NCBI GenBank assembly: GCA_977030845.1
Contig: OZ365113.1
Coordinates: 14,508,001-14,572,000, forward strand
DNA length: 64,000 nt
From: Fimbriosthenelais zetlandica
Taxonomy: Eukaryota
Direction of reading: 5' to 3'
Both the position numbers and the translations under genes were made by a program. The notes beneath the pieces are model-generated. The model searched no databases. It had not been told where the DNA came from and saw nothing but the letters and a program-made list of their open reading frames with translations. This document shows positions 47,690 through 60,000 of the stretch, one piece after another; within the stretch, counting starts at the first letter, position 1, and the number at the start of each line of letters is the position of its first letter.

Positions 47690-50600
47690 ATGTCGAGAAG
47701 GAGTTCTAGGTCGACAAAAATGTTACAAATAGAACCCTATCGTAACCTCTCTGACGAGAGCGAAACTGAAATGGACGTCAATGAAGATGGAAAAGAAGAT
47801 CCAGTAATGGAGAATGGGAGTGTATCAGAATCTCTTAGGGAGGAAATGAGCATTTCACCCCTGGACAGCAAGTCGAGAGACAGTGATAAACCTGAGGAAG
47901 ATGATGACACTGTCAAAGAGAAATCTGTGAAAAAAAGTTGGAAAAGGTCAGGAGGAGGTCTAAATAGAAAAGGGAGTCGACATCATAAGGATCAAAGACC
48001 AGCCACTGCTCCATGGCAAGGCTCGAGTCGAAGCAGCAAGTCAGTTCGCTCCATGCCAAAGGGTTCTTGGCAGCAGGAGCACGTGGTGTCCCTCATGAAT
48101 ACACCACCCTTCCCTACCTTTGCTAAATCGGTGAGGCTCACCGTTTCCAATGACAAAAAGATTGAGACCAAATCTCGAGGTACCCAATATAGTATCAAGA
48201 TGAAAAGTCACATGATCCAAGTATGTCCAAATACCACCTCTCTTCATTGTCAAACCGTCGGTGAAATTGTGAAAGAGCAATATTCAGAACCAATAATTTC
48301 AACAAATGGTCTTGATGAAATTAATAACACTTTGACAGCATTATATTCACTGCTGAAAGATGTGGATTGTAAGGCTGATGACGTGAAAGAACAGGAAAGT
48401 CAAGCACTACAGCTTCTTGAAAATTTCTCCGGTAGAGAAACACCTCCCAACATTGATGAAAAAATGTTAGCAGACATGAGGGAGCAATTAAATAAAATAT
48501 CTGGATTGATAGATAATGATCTGGGCCCAAATAATACAGCAGAAAATATTGTGTTATTCACGGACCAAGGAATGCATAAAATACAAAAACAGATTGAGGA
48601 TATGTCACATCTACTAGCTAATGTATCAGCACCTGTGATCCAGTCTGATGATGGAAAAGGTTTCACATTATCGATGGATCATTACCAAAATAGCTTAAAA
48701 CAAGGTCTTGATGATCTCAAAAATTCCATTAATGAAATTGTCGAGGATTGTCGGAAAATGAATGATCAGCTCTCTAATATTGAAAGGCAAGTAGGGAGAA
48801 ACTCGGACACACGTTCTGATGAAATACTGGCCAGAGTCAATGATGTGTATAACCTGTTAAACTCAAATCCACAGAAAAACATCAGGGTATTCAGGACCAG
48901 AACACCTTACACGGGTCCATGTAAATGTGCCAGTATAATTAACGGACACCCTAAGAGATTGAACAATGAAGCCCATATTGAAAAAGAGCATGATCCATGT
49001 CAGAAATGTACGAACGACTACAGGGGTCGAGTGTTTATTCATATACACTGCTTACCCGGGGAGACTAATCAAAATCTGCATGCTGTACTTGGACAGATTT
49101 TGGAATGCCTTGAGTGTGATAACAACATATATCTTATAGATTACATGAGAGACTTCAGAGGTAATGCTCCTGGATGGCAGGATGATGACTTTTCCCGCTG
49201 TTATGTTGCTCTGTTTAAGTGTTCGCTCGGATGGAACAATGTTCGGTGCCCAGGCGTCTTAGCAAGTTATTTGGATATCAGTGCACTCATAAATTTTCAG
49301 CTTGAAAATGACAATCCCAAACAGAAAACTATCGACTTGGACGTTCTTGGCCAACTCCTTTGTCGGATAGAAAGTGACGACAGGAGAAAAATGCTGAACA
49401 CTGAGAATTTGAGAATGTTGCTTTTCGATGCGGTTCAATCACATAATGTCACTGCCTTTAGATTTTTGGTCAGCAATTTTGCACCATTAGCTCAAATGAA
49501 ACATGGGAAGTCAGTTCTACATGAAATAATTAAGCAATCAGAACTTAATAGGGATTCGGACGATGTGGCGAATGCATTACTCAGTATGGTTAATATAATT
49601 TATGAGAATGCTGGGCAGTGGTGGGAATGGAACTCGGGTGTGCAGTACAACTCTGAAGATCATAGACAAGCAAATAGAACCCAGCCATCATCCGATTCCT
49701 CTGATGAAGAAAATGAAAGTAGCCATCAGTACAACCAGCCGAAAGAACTTAAGATTGAACAGAGTGAAAACAGGGAGGACTTTAGACAAAATGCACTACG
49801 CTATCTGCTCAGTATAAAAGATAATTTCAACAGATGTCCTCTGGCCTATGCTATCCAGGCTGGAGCAGGAAGGCTTGCAAAGAAGATCTTGTCAGAACCA
49901 CCTTATCAATTCGCCCCTGATCCTTTGGAATTCACACAGTGCTCCCGTCAAAGAGGGTATATTGTTGAAAATATTGAAGGCAGGTTTGCACCCAGGGGTC
50001 AATCTGTCCTCGACAGGCTGACCCTGCAGCCACCAAGTAAAGGCAACACTTGTCTTTTGGATGAACCTTTCAAAACGATCGTCAACGATAAATGGCATCG
50101 ATACATGGTGTTTGGGTGGCTGTGGTTCATGTTTTACATGTATTACATGGTTGTTCTATCTCTATGTGTAGTTTACAGACCGATTGGACGCAGAGACATT
50201 GCAGACATATATGAAGATTCAGGGGACATTGTCAGGCTGCTTGGGGAGATCACCATTTTCCTCGGAATTTTCTTCTTTTTCTATGCCGAACTGAGGGATT
50301 ATATCAGAATGGGTTGGGTGTGGCCTTGGCCTTGGACATTCCATGGGTTACAAAGAATAATAAACGCATTGTTTGTCGTTTTCATAATTGCTGCTATTAT
50401 TTTGCGATTTACTGCTAACGAAAAAGAGGATATTGCTCTGGCATTTGCTCTTCTGTTAGGATGGATGAATACGATATATTTTCTTGTACTGGTGCAGACT
50501 ACTAGACTTATGCCATACATGCTTCATGTTGTTTTTACTAAAGACCTATGTGGAAATTTTATGATTATTTTTGCGATAGCCATGGTAGCTTGGTCGGTTA

Positions 50601-51070
50601 GTACCTTTTGTATTTGTCAAGGATTTATTGTGCCAAGGGATGCAATAGATGAAGAAGGATTCTGGTTTTATCCTTTTACTTTATACAGATTGCTTGCCGG
50701 TGTAGTTGACACAGAATACGTGAACCGATCGAGAGACAAAGGCATGGGTCATATCATATTTCTCTTATTCATCTGGATCATGGTTTTCTTTTTGATCAAG
50801 ATTCTAATATCCATGATAATATATACCTATTGGGATATAAAAAAGGGAGAAGACGAATACTGCTTCTGGCTCAAGGCCTGGATGGTCCAATTAATTGAAC
50901 GGCGATTATTACCTTGCATGTATGTTCAGTATGAAAAGAAAAAAACATGTCTGGGGAAAATGAGCAAGAGTCAATTAGAATATGCCGTTCTCTACGATCT
51001 GAGAAAAAATTCAAAGGGAGAGATAGTTGAGCTCCCTCAACACGCAGTGTTTGTGCCAATGGAACCTTAG
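47690..51070 (+). CDS. Intronless divergent TRPV-like cation channel, ~1126 aa
   Basis: Ankyrin-like segments (LLFDAVQSHNVTAFRFLV, GKSVLHEII, NRCPLAYAIQAGAGRLAKKIL), the pre-S1 motif FKTIVNDKWHRY, six hydrophobic helices including ALLLGWMNTIYF, a pore segment and a TRP-box-like FWLKAWMVQLIERRLLP. The ORF track starts at GTG 47684; the first ATG is 47690. Confidence 0.85.
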   Translation: MSRRSSRSTKMLQIEPYRNLSDESETEMDVNEDGKEDPVMENGSVSESLREEMSISPLDSKSRDSDKPEEDDDTVKEKSVKKSWKRSGGGLNRKGSRHHKDQRPATAPWQGSSRSSKSVRSMPKGSWQQEHVVSLMNTPPFPTFAKSVRLTVSNDKKIETKSRGTQYSIKMKSHMIQVCPNTTSLHCQTVGEIVKEQYSEPIISTNGLDEINNTLTALYSLLKDVDCKADDVKEQESQALQLLENFSGRETPPNIDEKMLADMREQLNKISGLIDNDLGPNNTAENIVLFTDQGMHKIQKQIEDMSHLLANVSAPVIQSDDGKGFTLSMDHYQNSLKQGLDDLKNSINEIVEDCRKMNDQLSNIERQVGRNSDTRSDEILARVNDVYNLLNSNPQKNIRVFRTRTPYTGPCKCASIINGHPKRLNNEAHIEKEHDPCQKCTNDYRGRVFIHIHCLPGETNQNLHAVLGQILECLECDNNIYLIDYMRDFRGNAPGWQDDDFSRCYVALFKCSLGWNNVRCPGVLASYLDISALINFQLENDNPKQKTIDLDVLGQLLCRIESDDRRKMLNTENLRMLLFDAVQSHNVTAFRFLVSNFAPLAQMKHGKSVLHEIIKQSELNRDSDDVANALLSMVNIIYENAGQWWEWNSGVQYNSEDHRQANRTQPSSDSSDEENESSHQYNQPKELKIEQSENREDFRQNALRYLLSIKDNFNRCPLAYAIQAGAGRLAKKILSEPPYQFAPDPLEFTQCSRQRGYIVENIEGRFAPRGQSVLDRLTLQPPSKGNTCLLDEPFKTIVNDKWHRYMVFGWLWFMFYMYYMVVLSLCVVYRPIGRRDIADIYEDSGDIVRLLGEITIFLGIFFFFYAELRDYIRMGWVWPWPWTFHGLQRIINALFVVFIIAAIILRFTANEKEDIALAFALLLGWMNTIYFLVLVQTTRLMPYMLHVVFTKDLCGNFMIIFAIAMVAWSVSTFCICQGFIVPRDAIDEEGFWFYPFTLYRLLAGVVDTEYVNRSRDKGMGHIIFLLFIWIMVFFLIKILISMIIYTYWDIKKGEDEYCFWLKAWMVQLIERRLLPCMYVQYEKKKTCLGKMSKSQLEYAVLYDLRKNSKGEIVELPQHAVFVPMEP

Positions 51071-54000
51071 ACTTAAAATTAATATACATTTTATAATACT
51101 GTATATAAGGTTAGTCCCTCCAATGTATAGAATCAAAAGTGTGACCTAAGTCCTTATACATAGGCTGATATAAAAAATTGTCGGGATGATATATATGAAT
51201 GCTTATGAAACCAAATATCACTGTACCACTGATAAGAAGTAAGTAAATCATTGTTCTCTGTTATCCTCTTCTGTTGAAGTATTCTATTTATTTCCCCGTT
51301 AGCTTTAAGCAGAAGAGTTTACGTCCTAGCAGTGGTGCCCTCTAGTGGAACCTAGAGCTATTTATATCATAGGCGAAATCGTTATATCCATGCACACAGA
51401 TCTTAATTCCTAGTCACGTCGGTATAATTACGCAACATGATATGTTAATCATAGAACATGTACAATCAATATAATATGTTAAATCTATGTTTAAATCCTG
51501 TTTTTGCAACTTATCGACTTCATCACCTCTGTTACACTGAAAAACCAAATGTAGAGTGTTTATGGAGAACAAATACATTAATTTCAAAAAAACAATTTCT
51601 GTCATTATATAATTATAAGATCCCCTATAGCTGTGTCCCATTCGTTTTCCAGTCAAATATTCAGGAGTATCAAGCATACATAACATTATACATTATTTCT
51701 AGATTTGGGATATCCGAACAATGGATGCGAAATACACGGGAAAAGACAGGTCTCTCGCATCCGAAATTTGAGCAATTTATTTATAAGCAAAGTGAAAGTC
51801 AAGGCATGAGTTTACAAGCAGATGTGTTCTACATGCTTACTTGCCCAGCTATATGTAATATGAATACCTCCCCTTCCCACAACTGTACAGGAATGATCCC
51901 ATCTTTCCATCTCTGAGTGTAAGAAACTGTCTCAGTGTGTATGTACCATGTCTAACGTACACAAAACAAGAGAGGAGCAATCGATGTTGTTTGTTGGACT
52001 TGTGGACTTCAAACAAGAAACATTTTGTTAAAAGAGAGAGGGTAATGTGTGACCTGTCTGATAGGTGTTCCGCTGCATGGTACCTCTCCCCGGACCAGCC
52101 ACCCAGCCAGCCACCGCCCCCGGCTGCTATATATCCGACCTGTCGGCCTATAGCGCCTTCCATTCACCGGCCCTTTAATAAAGGGGCCCTCCTCTTCCTC
52201 CTTCCTCTCCTCCCTCTCACGGCCTTAACTATAACCGCCCCATACACAACACAGACAACAGAGGCAGACAGTACATCAGTTGGTCTTGGAGCGGCCGAGG
52301 GTACAGACCTCTATGAACCTCATTGGGACTGAGCAATCCTGGAAAAAGTGGACCCATCGGACAACATCACTGTCCAACAAGCAGTAGAACTTAGCTACCT
52401 TAAATTCAAAGGGATTTCTTATGCTGCCCTATATGATAAGTTTGATAACAGCTGTTCAGTCAGCTAGGGATGTTTTAACGTCATCTTCCTATCTGTAGTG
52501 TAGGGGCAGAGTTCATTCACTGTTTCAAACTTCAGTTTAAACGAGAGATACACACCTGAGGATATATTACACCCCATCGATATCACTGCTTTACCCACTA
52601 CTCCTTAACATTCAAACATATCAAATGCTCTTGGATATTTAGACAAACTGGATGAATTTAAAGGAAAGTTATAATGTGAAGAGGATTTATTAATCCAATA
52701 ATATTTTATCAGATTATTAGTCCTAGTAAGGCTAATGGGTGGATGTGTGAGACACTAAAGTTCTGACCAGGATATGTAAATCGAATTTTAGTGCAGACAA
52801 TAATGTACCAAAGTAAAACTGTGGCAAATTGAATGGCGGTTGAATGCAGGCTGACTTGAGAGTCGGGCCACCATCAACCCCGACCCGATAAAGTGAAACC
52901 GAAGTCCCCTCATCCCTGGAGCTACTACACGGGACCCCTTACCGACGGATACCAGTCACGTTCAGGCGGTCTTCTCCCCGTCCTCACTCTGTCCCCATCA
53001 AATTTGGCAGTGACACGAAGTAACAAGCTTTCTGTTCCTCAAAGAACTCACTGAGGAATTTGGAACTTCACCATACAACAACGATGGAAAAAACGTTGCC
53101 CACATTTGGGTTTTTTCCATGTATTGTGTGAGCAACTGTTGCTCATTACGTTCAAGAGAAATTTGTTAATGTTATAGCCTTCCAGAGTTTCAAATAAATG
53201 GGCAAATTATAACTTTAATCGGTGGCTTGTCACTTTCTTTTAAGATACCGGTACAGCAACAAGTGAAAAGAACTATTAATCCTCATATTGGTAAAGAAAA
53301 TCTGTGAAAGGGCAGGTCCCTATTGAAACAATCTACTTCGAAAAAGGTTAATATATTCTGAGATTTCTCCTGCATTTAAGAGGAGCTTATAAAGAAGCCA
53401 GATATAGACTCTACGTTTCATTGATGGACATTTTCTATACTCGAGGGGATATCTGTATCACTGTTATACCTGAATGACAGTTTGTTGTAAAACCCAGGAG
53501 CAACACCTTGCTAAAAAGATCTAAAAGGGTCAAAAACTTAACTGTTCAGACCACCTGATAGACAGATCCCTATAGGAACAGGAGGAGAGGAGGGATATTA
53601 CCTTTTAGTAGATACATCTACAACTCCGTCACTAAACACCCGGGAGAAGCAGGCACACCAGAATACCGGATATATACACATAGCCTGGAGGGGTTGTAAC
53701 ACCTGGAGGAGATCAATATGAGGGTGTGTGGCATGATGCATCGGGCCTTAACTAGGATCCAGCCATGGTTCCTGGTCTTTATGACCCGTAAGTAGATCGA
53801 GTCTCTTATATTAAACATATTTTTTCATCTGTTTATTTTAGGTAAATGTAAATTAATGCCTGACTGAAAAGTAAACTCTCGGATCGCATAGTTTTCTCTA
53901 TAAAGAAGAAATTGAAAAAGTTTCTGAAGGAGATCTAACATCTAGGCGTGGAAAAGGCGAAACTAATTTGTAGGGCATTAGAAACAACGGCCCAAGGGAT

Positions 54001-57000
54001 AAAAAGAAAATGACCTGAAATAGCAGGTTCACAATGAATGTCAATCTAAGACTAAGTAAATCTGCATTGAAGCAATTGTTAGATGATACATCATACGTTT
54101 TGGCTCATTGAAGGCGTCATATATGCCTGGCAATACTAAAAGAAGGGAGCGTGTCGAGCAAACAATGTAGACATTATCATGGAGGAACCGTGACTGTCAT
54201 ACACATTAATGAGTATCAAAATATATGTTTCAATTCCTTGTACTAAAGCAAGGTTCGCTCTCTTTTATAAAGACGTTCCTTAATGTTCCTGAGCCGGGTT
54301 CATAGGATTCATATTTGGGAAAGCGTGGACATATAACTATTCCATTACCGGAACCTTGCTTCAGACTAATGGCATATATACACGATACACATATCTATTA
54401 ATCAATAGGATATACTATGATCACTTCCTGAGAGACTTTTAGAGCTCAAGTATTGGTACTTGATATAAATGTATTCCTTCACACGTGTTACAGTGTGAAG
54501 TAATGGTAGGTTAACTAGTCCTAATTAATATGGGAGGAGTGGAAGCTTACAGGGATTGATCGATGACCCTGCTCACGCCAGCCCCATGATGATCCAACTA
54601 GTTAGGACCATATCCCTTATGAAGCCTCCCCACTAATACAGTGAACTGTGTGAAGTGTACGTGAATTTAATAAAGCAATTTCATACTGAAGGCCCAAGAC
54701 ATTATTCAAGCAGAGGCCGATAAATGGTCATATCCTGAAGGAGACAACTATTTAGAAGAATTTTTTCAATGTGATATCTCTGCATCATCATCAATCAATA
54801 CAAAGAGACAACTTAATATCTGAGCCTGGGGCGTGTGTATATGTTGTGTTGATTGTGAGGTGCAACTGTTAACATATATGTACATTTATTTTCGCGTGCT
54901 TTATAATTTCAATATTTCTTTGAGTTTCTATTTGTCAATATGGAATTCTGTGTTGATATTTCTTTCTTTATAAGTACGTCACTACGAGACTTCCAACGGA
55001 CGTTTCCACATATGATGATAAATGCCCTTGAAGACAGATACGTTATTAAGCGCGCGAAAATTGAGCTGAACATTTCACATGCAGTATAAGGTAGAACGTG
55101 TCCTGGTTGGGCCGTCTTGTATACGTGTTCAGTGAGAGAATATGTAGATTAGATATATTATCTTAATCAAGGCTGACCTCTGTCATTCGATGATAGACGA
55201 CCTTCAGTGACCCCTGAGTGACCCCCTCCAGGTCCTCCCTCATATCATATGGTCATTATATTCATCTGATAATCATGGAGGGAGCAATGGGTTATCTCTC
55301 CTATAGCACTGACCCTGACAGACTGCACAAATAGATGATTGATGAATAAGAGACATCTATACTTATGAGCATATACCCCAGGCCTCCTCTCAAATTTATA
55401 ACTGTTTGTATCAGTTTTACCCCAAAACTAAGCTGAATAAAATGGTTGAATGATTTGGGATATAGAATCAAAGAGTAACCCATCTGATAGGCTAGATTGT
55501 TAACCTAAAAGGGACTTTATATCTGCACAAATATTGCATTTGAAAACGTGCTGATGTATTAGACTGCAATTATGACAGTTTGTACACAAATACTGTGTCA
55601 CACAGTGATATGTTAATATTTATCCTATCTCGGATGACCCAATACATTATGCAGCAAGCAGAGTGTACCATGAATGTGGGGCTTACACTACAGACTGGCA
55701 GGTTTGTTCTGTTCCATTCAGTGCATGAAATAAATGGCATTCACATCCCTTGTGCCTTGAGGGTTACCATCGCCTCGCTATCCAGCTAAAATAATTGACT
55801 GGCTCTATTAACACCCTGCGTAATCAGTCCATACCAGGCGGATCCCCGAGGTCACGATCCTCGACTGGTTTAAATCACGGTATACTCACAGTTTACTTTT
55901 CCCTGTCACCTCAGTGGTGTAAGACCGCCTGGAGTAACCCCAAGGGCTTGATTGAACCCTATCACGCATGCACGGCCGATAAGCGAAACACTTCCACAAG
56001 TAGTTGGCCAAGAACTGAATTTAATGAGAATTCAATAAGTCAATTTGTATTGGGAGTTTCCGCTAAATATTGGGTTCCTTCTGCTAGAATATTACTAGGA
56101 TATCCCTGAATTATAATATATATTGGATCTGAAGGAAAGCTTTAAAAGCTCGAATACCCAAAGGCCTGTTCATCTTTCCCCTTTTTGAACCAAAAGGATA
56201 ACTGACAGGCCTGAAATGCTTTCTTGGGAGTAAGCAGTTTGGACTTTGTGCATAGACCGGAAGTGATTTCATAGTCTAATCATAGGGATAGCCTAACCCA
56301 AAGGAGTGAAATGACTGCCCAATGGCTGGCTTGTTCTTGTACTTGTAGGTTGTACCATTCAACTTTCTGTACGAGCACATACTTCTTGTCATTAAATTAT
56401 CAACATTTATGATAGATACATTCCCACTGGTTGCCCTTGTTATATGTTCCAGAACGCCTGCACATAAGCATCCCTCCGGTGATTTGTTGCTACAGGGAAA
56501 TGTATGTCAAATGTAGAAAAAAAATCCCCCTACCATCAGGCGTTGTAACAGTAACGTTAGATCCACTGGCAACCCATGTATTTTGTACGAAGTTCAGTCT
56601 ATACCCTGTTACCTAGATACACCTTATTTATGCTATCGTAAAGATGTTTTCTGTGTGTCAATTCTCATCTTGATACAAGCAAAATACTTTCATTTAGAGA
56701 CTAAATCTTAAATCGTAATTGCCCATATAGGCCTAATCTTAATTGCACTGACTGGGCCAAACTTGTCTCTGTATCACAAGTGTTCTCTTTAAGAGTGAAT
56801 TAGTTCAGGTGGATGGATGGCCTATTACAGTTTTTCTCAATACAGTTCTCTGTATATCTATGAGCTCCTCACGCGCTCACCTGATGCGCCGAGCTACTCC
56901 CACGATAGAGGAATGCTCACCTGCTCGGCTGGAGGAAGACACACCCTGCCTCCTCCTGAGCGGGACATGAATTGCTCCGACCTCAATGGTTCAGTTCTAT

Positions 57001-60000
57001 ATATATCACTGATAAATATCTGTATCGAGGTAATGATGCGATAGGATAAATTATAATGATATATAAAGCAGTACTATAATAACCATTGTAGGCTTTTTAT
57101 TCAGACAAGGCAGACAAGTATCGAAGCCTGTGAGTTACTCCCGTATCCTATCCTATCCACCCACAGCACCATCCAGCCTATCACCACATAACCTTCGTCA
57201 CTATTATTTACATATTTCGACCCACTCTCGCCCCTATTTTTCTTTCTGTGTCACCAAACCCACAGTTGTTAATGACATAATGATGTATCGTGCCTGTATC
57301 TTGTTATATGTGGTCATCATTACTATTAGGCTTATTTCCTCCACCACTTTAGAAGCACTGGTTTAGCATTAGCGGCATGGCAATGGACTAGTACAGTGGA
57401 CGGATAACCATCCATTAAAGTCGGTTGGGAGAAGGTCTTGTCTGGGTCATGGGGCTAAGTAAAATTGACCTCACAAAACACCTCTCTCATCAACAGCCCT
57501 GTCAAAAGGTCATTGCCCCACCACCCCCATGGGAAGGCCAGGAGACGCTCCCTGATGCATTAGTTGCCTTATCGTGGTACCCCACTTTGGACATAAATTG
57601 TATGCCCATAGATCCAGTGGCTTCTTCCCAACCATATAACCAACGAGTATAGAATGCTATACTCGTTGACAGAACAGAACCTTTGTTCAATTTCCCTCAG
57701 ACTATATACCATACATGTAGCCACTTTTTGGATCAGATGATTCCAAACAAATTACTTTATCATGAATCTTATGATCATGGCATGTATTCCATCCATAATA
57801 TTATATATGGCGCCATGGAATGGAGAATTATATATCATGCGAATAGACTTTGCATTACATTGCATTACTTCTGTAAACTAAAGGCATATTATCGATGCCA
57901 CGGTCAACAAAATATAGGGCGCAACCATCATATGAGAGTACACATGAGACATGTCTCGATGATACTATTTCATGGTGAAATTCGATATTTTTGCGACAAA
58001 TCTATCCTCTTTCCCATTTTTATTTGTGACGCCCGACAGGATTTCCAAATATTTCAGTCTCAGGAGACGATTGTCGAAGATGGGTTCCAATAATTCTTTT
58101 CTAGAAGACGCCATCCTTGCTCTGAGTGCCACTAATAATATTGTCTCCATTCCCCAGCTCTGAGCAGGCCATTAAAGATACAATCCTTGAGGCGGGGTAG
58201 ACGGGGGCGCGTCAGAAGGACCTATTCCCACGCGATCTTGACCCTCGGTCGGGGCCAGGCCTCTGTATCCAATCATACAATCACACCGATTATAGACCAG
58301 CATCCCACCATAAAGAGTCACTATTGACACTGATCTCTCCACGTCTGGCGCCGAACCCACGAGCGGCAATCCCTCTATACCAACTCATCCCATTGAGGCC
58401 AAGTGCCCTATGTCACACCCAACTCCCATTCGGTCGTCTCCTCCGTTCTCATGAAAATGTGGAAGAGAAAACGAGAGGAAAGGAGAAATACCTCTTTCTA
58501 GGGGTCATAAAGTGCGTATATCTGACAGTGACCATCCAATATGTATTTTATTTGGTCAATTTATGGAGAAAGAACTTCATGGTATCATGAACAGTACTGT
58601 AAGGTATTAGTTATGTGATGCATCATGTATTGCCAGTATTTCTTCTACTGAATGTGAGAGATAAACTAGAATTTCTTGACAGTTTATTACATTTCCTAAT
58701 TCATTTAATGACATGCATAGATAGGCATTAGAAATCAGTTCCTGATGTTGATCTTTTCGCTGCCTATCACCACGGGCATGTTGAGTCCTCCCCTCGCCCT
58801 TTCTTTTACTTCTCTCTGACATAGACCTGGGTTTCTCCAGCTGGTGAAAGTTTCTTCCATATCGCACCTTATGGTAGATCTGAGACCTCACTTCAAGATT
58901 ACAGGCTGGCATCATTATCGCCCGACATTGGGAAATGCGAAACATGTTGAAATTATTTTCAGGGCTCGTTAGATTTCTATCCCCGTCCAGCTTCCTTGGT
59001 GGCTTACTGCTAACTCAATAGAGTGTCGTTTGGGTGAGATATGGTTGGAATCCCTGTTATCTGGAGGAAATAGGCTTATCAGTTTGAGGAGAATCCCTCT
59101 ACGTGTCCACCATTACCTCTCATCCATCATTATGTCTCTCGGAAGTTCATATCCGAAGGAGAGACTGCCAACAGCGGGTTGAAAAGGACGTTTACCTTTC
59201 AAGCCGACGACATTTTGTTCATAAGTAAACATGGTGACGGAAGGAAAGCTCATTATTGGGTGATCAACATAGAAAGTAAGCTTCTGAGAGGAGGTGAAAA
59301 GCTGACACACAGTCAGAGGTCGAGGAGTTAATTTTCTTTGCAAGCAGTTGAAGCGTGTTCTCTGTTTTCTTTGTACACAATGACCGCCCACTTGGGCCAT
59401 CGCTCAGCCCTCAGCATACTGAGGGGTATGATCCCTTAAATCAGAACTTGAGGAAATGAGATCGTTCCCCAATGATTAATGGGTTTTGGCTTTGGCTTTG
59501 GCTTACCATTTCAATTTGCGTATTGGATTTCTTCCATCGTTATTAGAAATGGGACATATAGATAGGAAATTATGAATATTAATTTCGCGCCTCTTCATTC
59601 CAGGGTCATCAAAAAATTATAATATAAGGCCTATATCGCCCTGACATAATATTCACTAAAATATAATGCAATGAAGACCTAGGTGGAATGAACATACTAT
59701 CCTTGACCTAAGGCATCCTTCTAAGTTTTATTGATCCGTATGAGTTATCACACAATATTTGGTAACTAATAATAAGGATCTATATCTCGTGATTATTTCA
59801 CATGAGTAAGAGTGAATAAGAGTCTAGTGGACCTAACTTCCTGGTCATATAAACTTGTATCTAATAATGTAACGGACAAGTACTTGCAGCTCTCATAGAT
59901 CTCTTCAGCTCTCTACAGAAGGATCAATTTAAGACCCGTTTATTAATCGGAAGCTTTGGATACTGAAATATGCATGGTGGGAGACCACAGGACTGATTGC

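Noticed and set aside
52870-52945. PSTPTR*SETEVPSSLELLHG, resembling a Gypsy integrase motif
   Set aside because: Contains a stop; no DDE core, RT or LTRs visible nearby.
58346-58356. TGGCGCCGAAC, resembling a retroviral primer-binding site
   Set aside because: Imperfect match to tRNA 3' ends, not preceded by an LTR-terminal CA, and no gag-like ORF follows.
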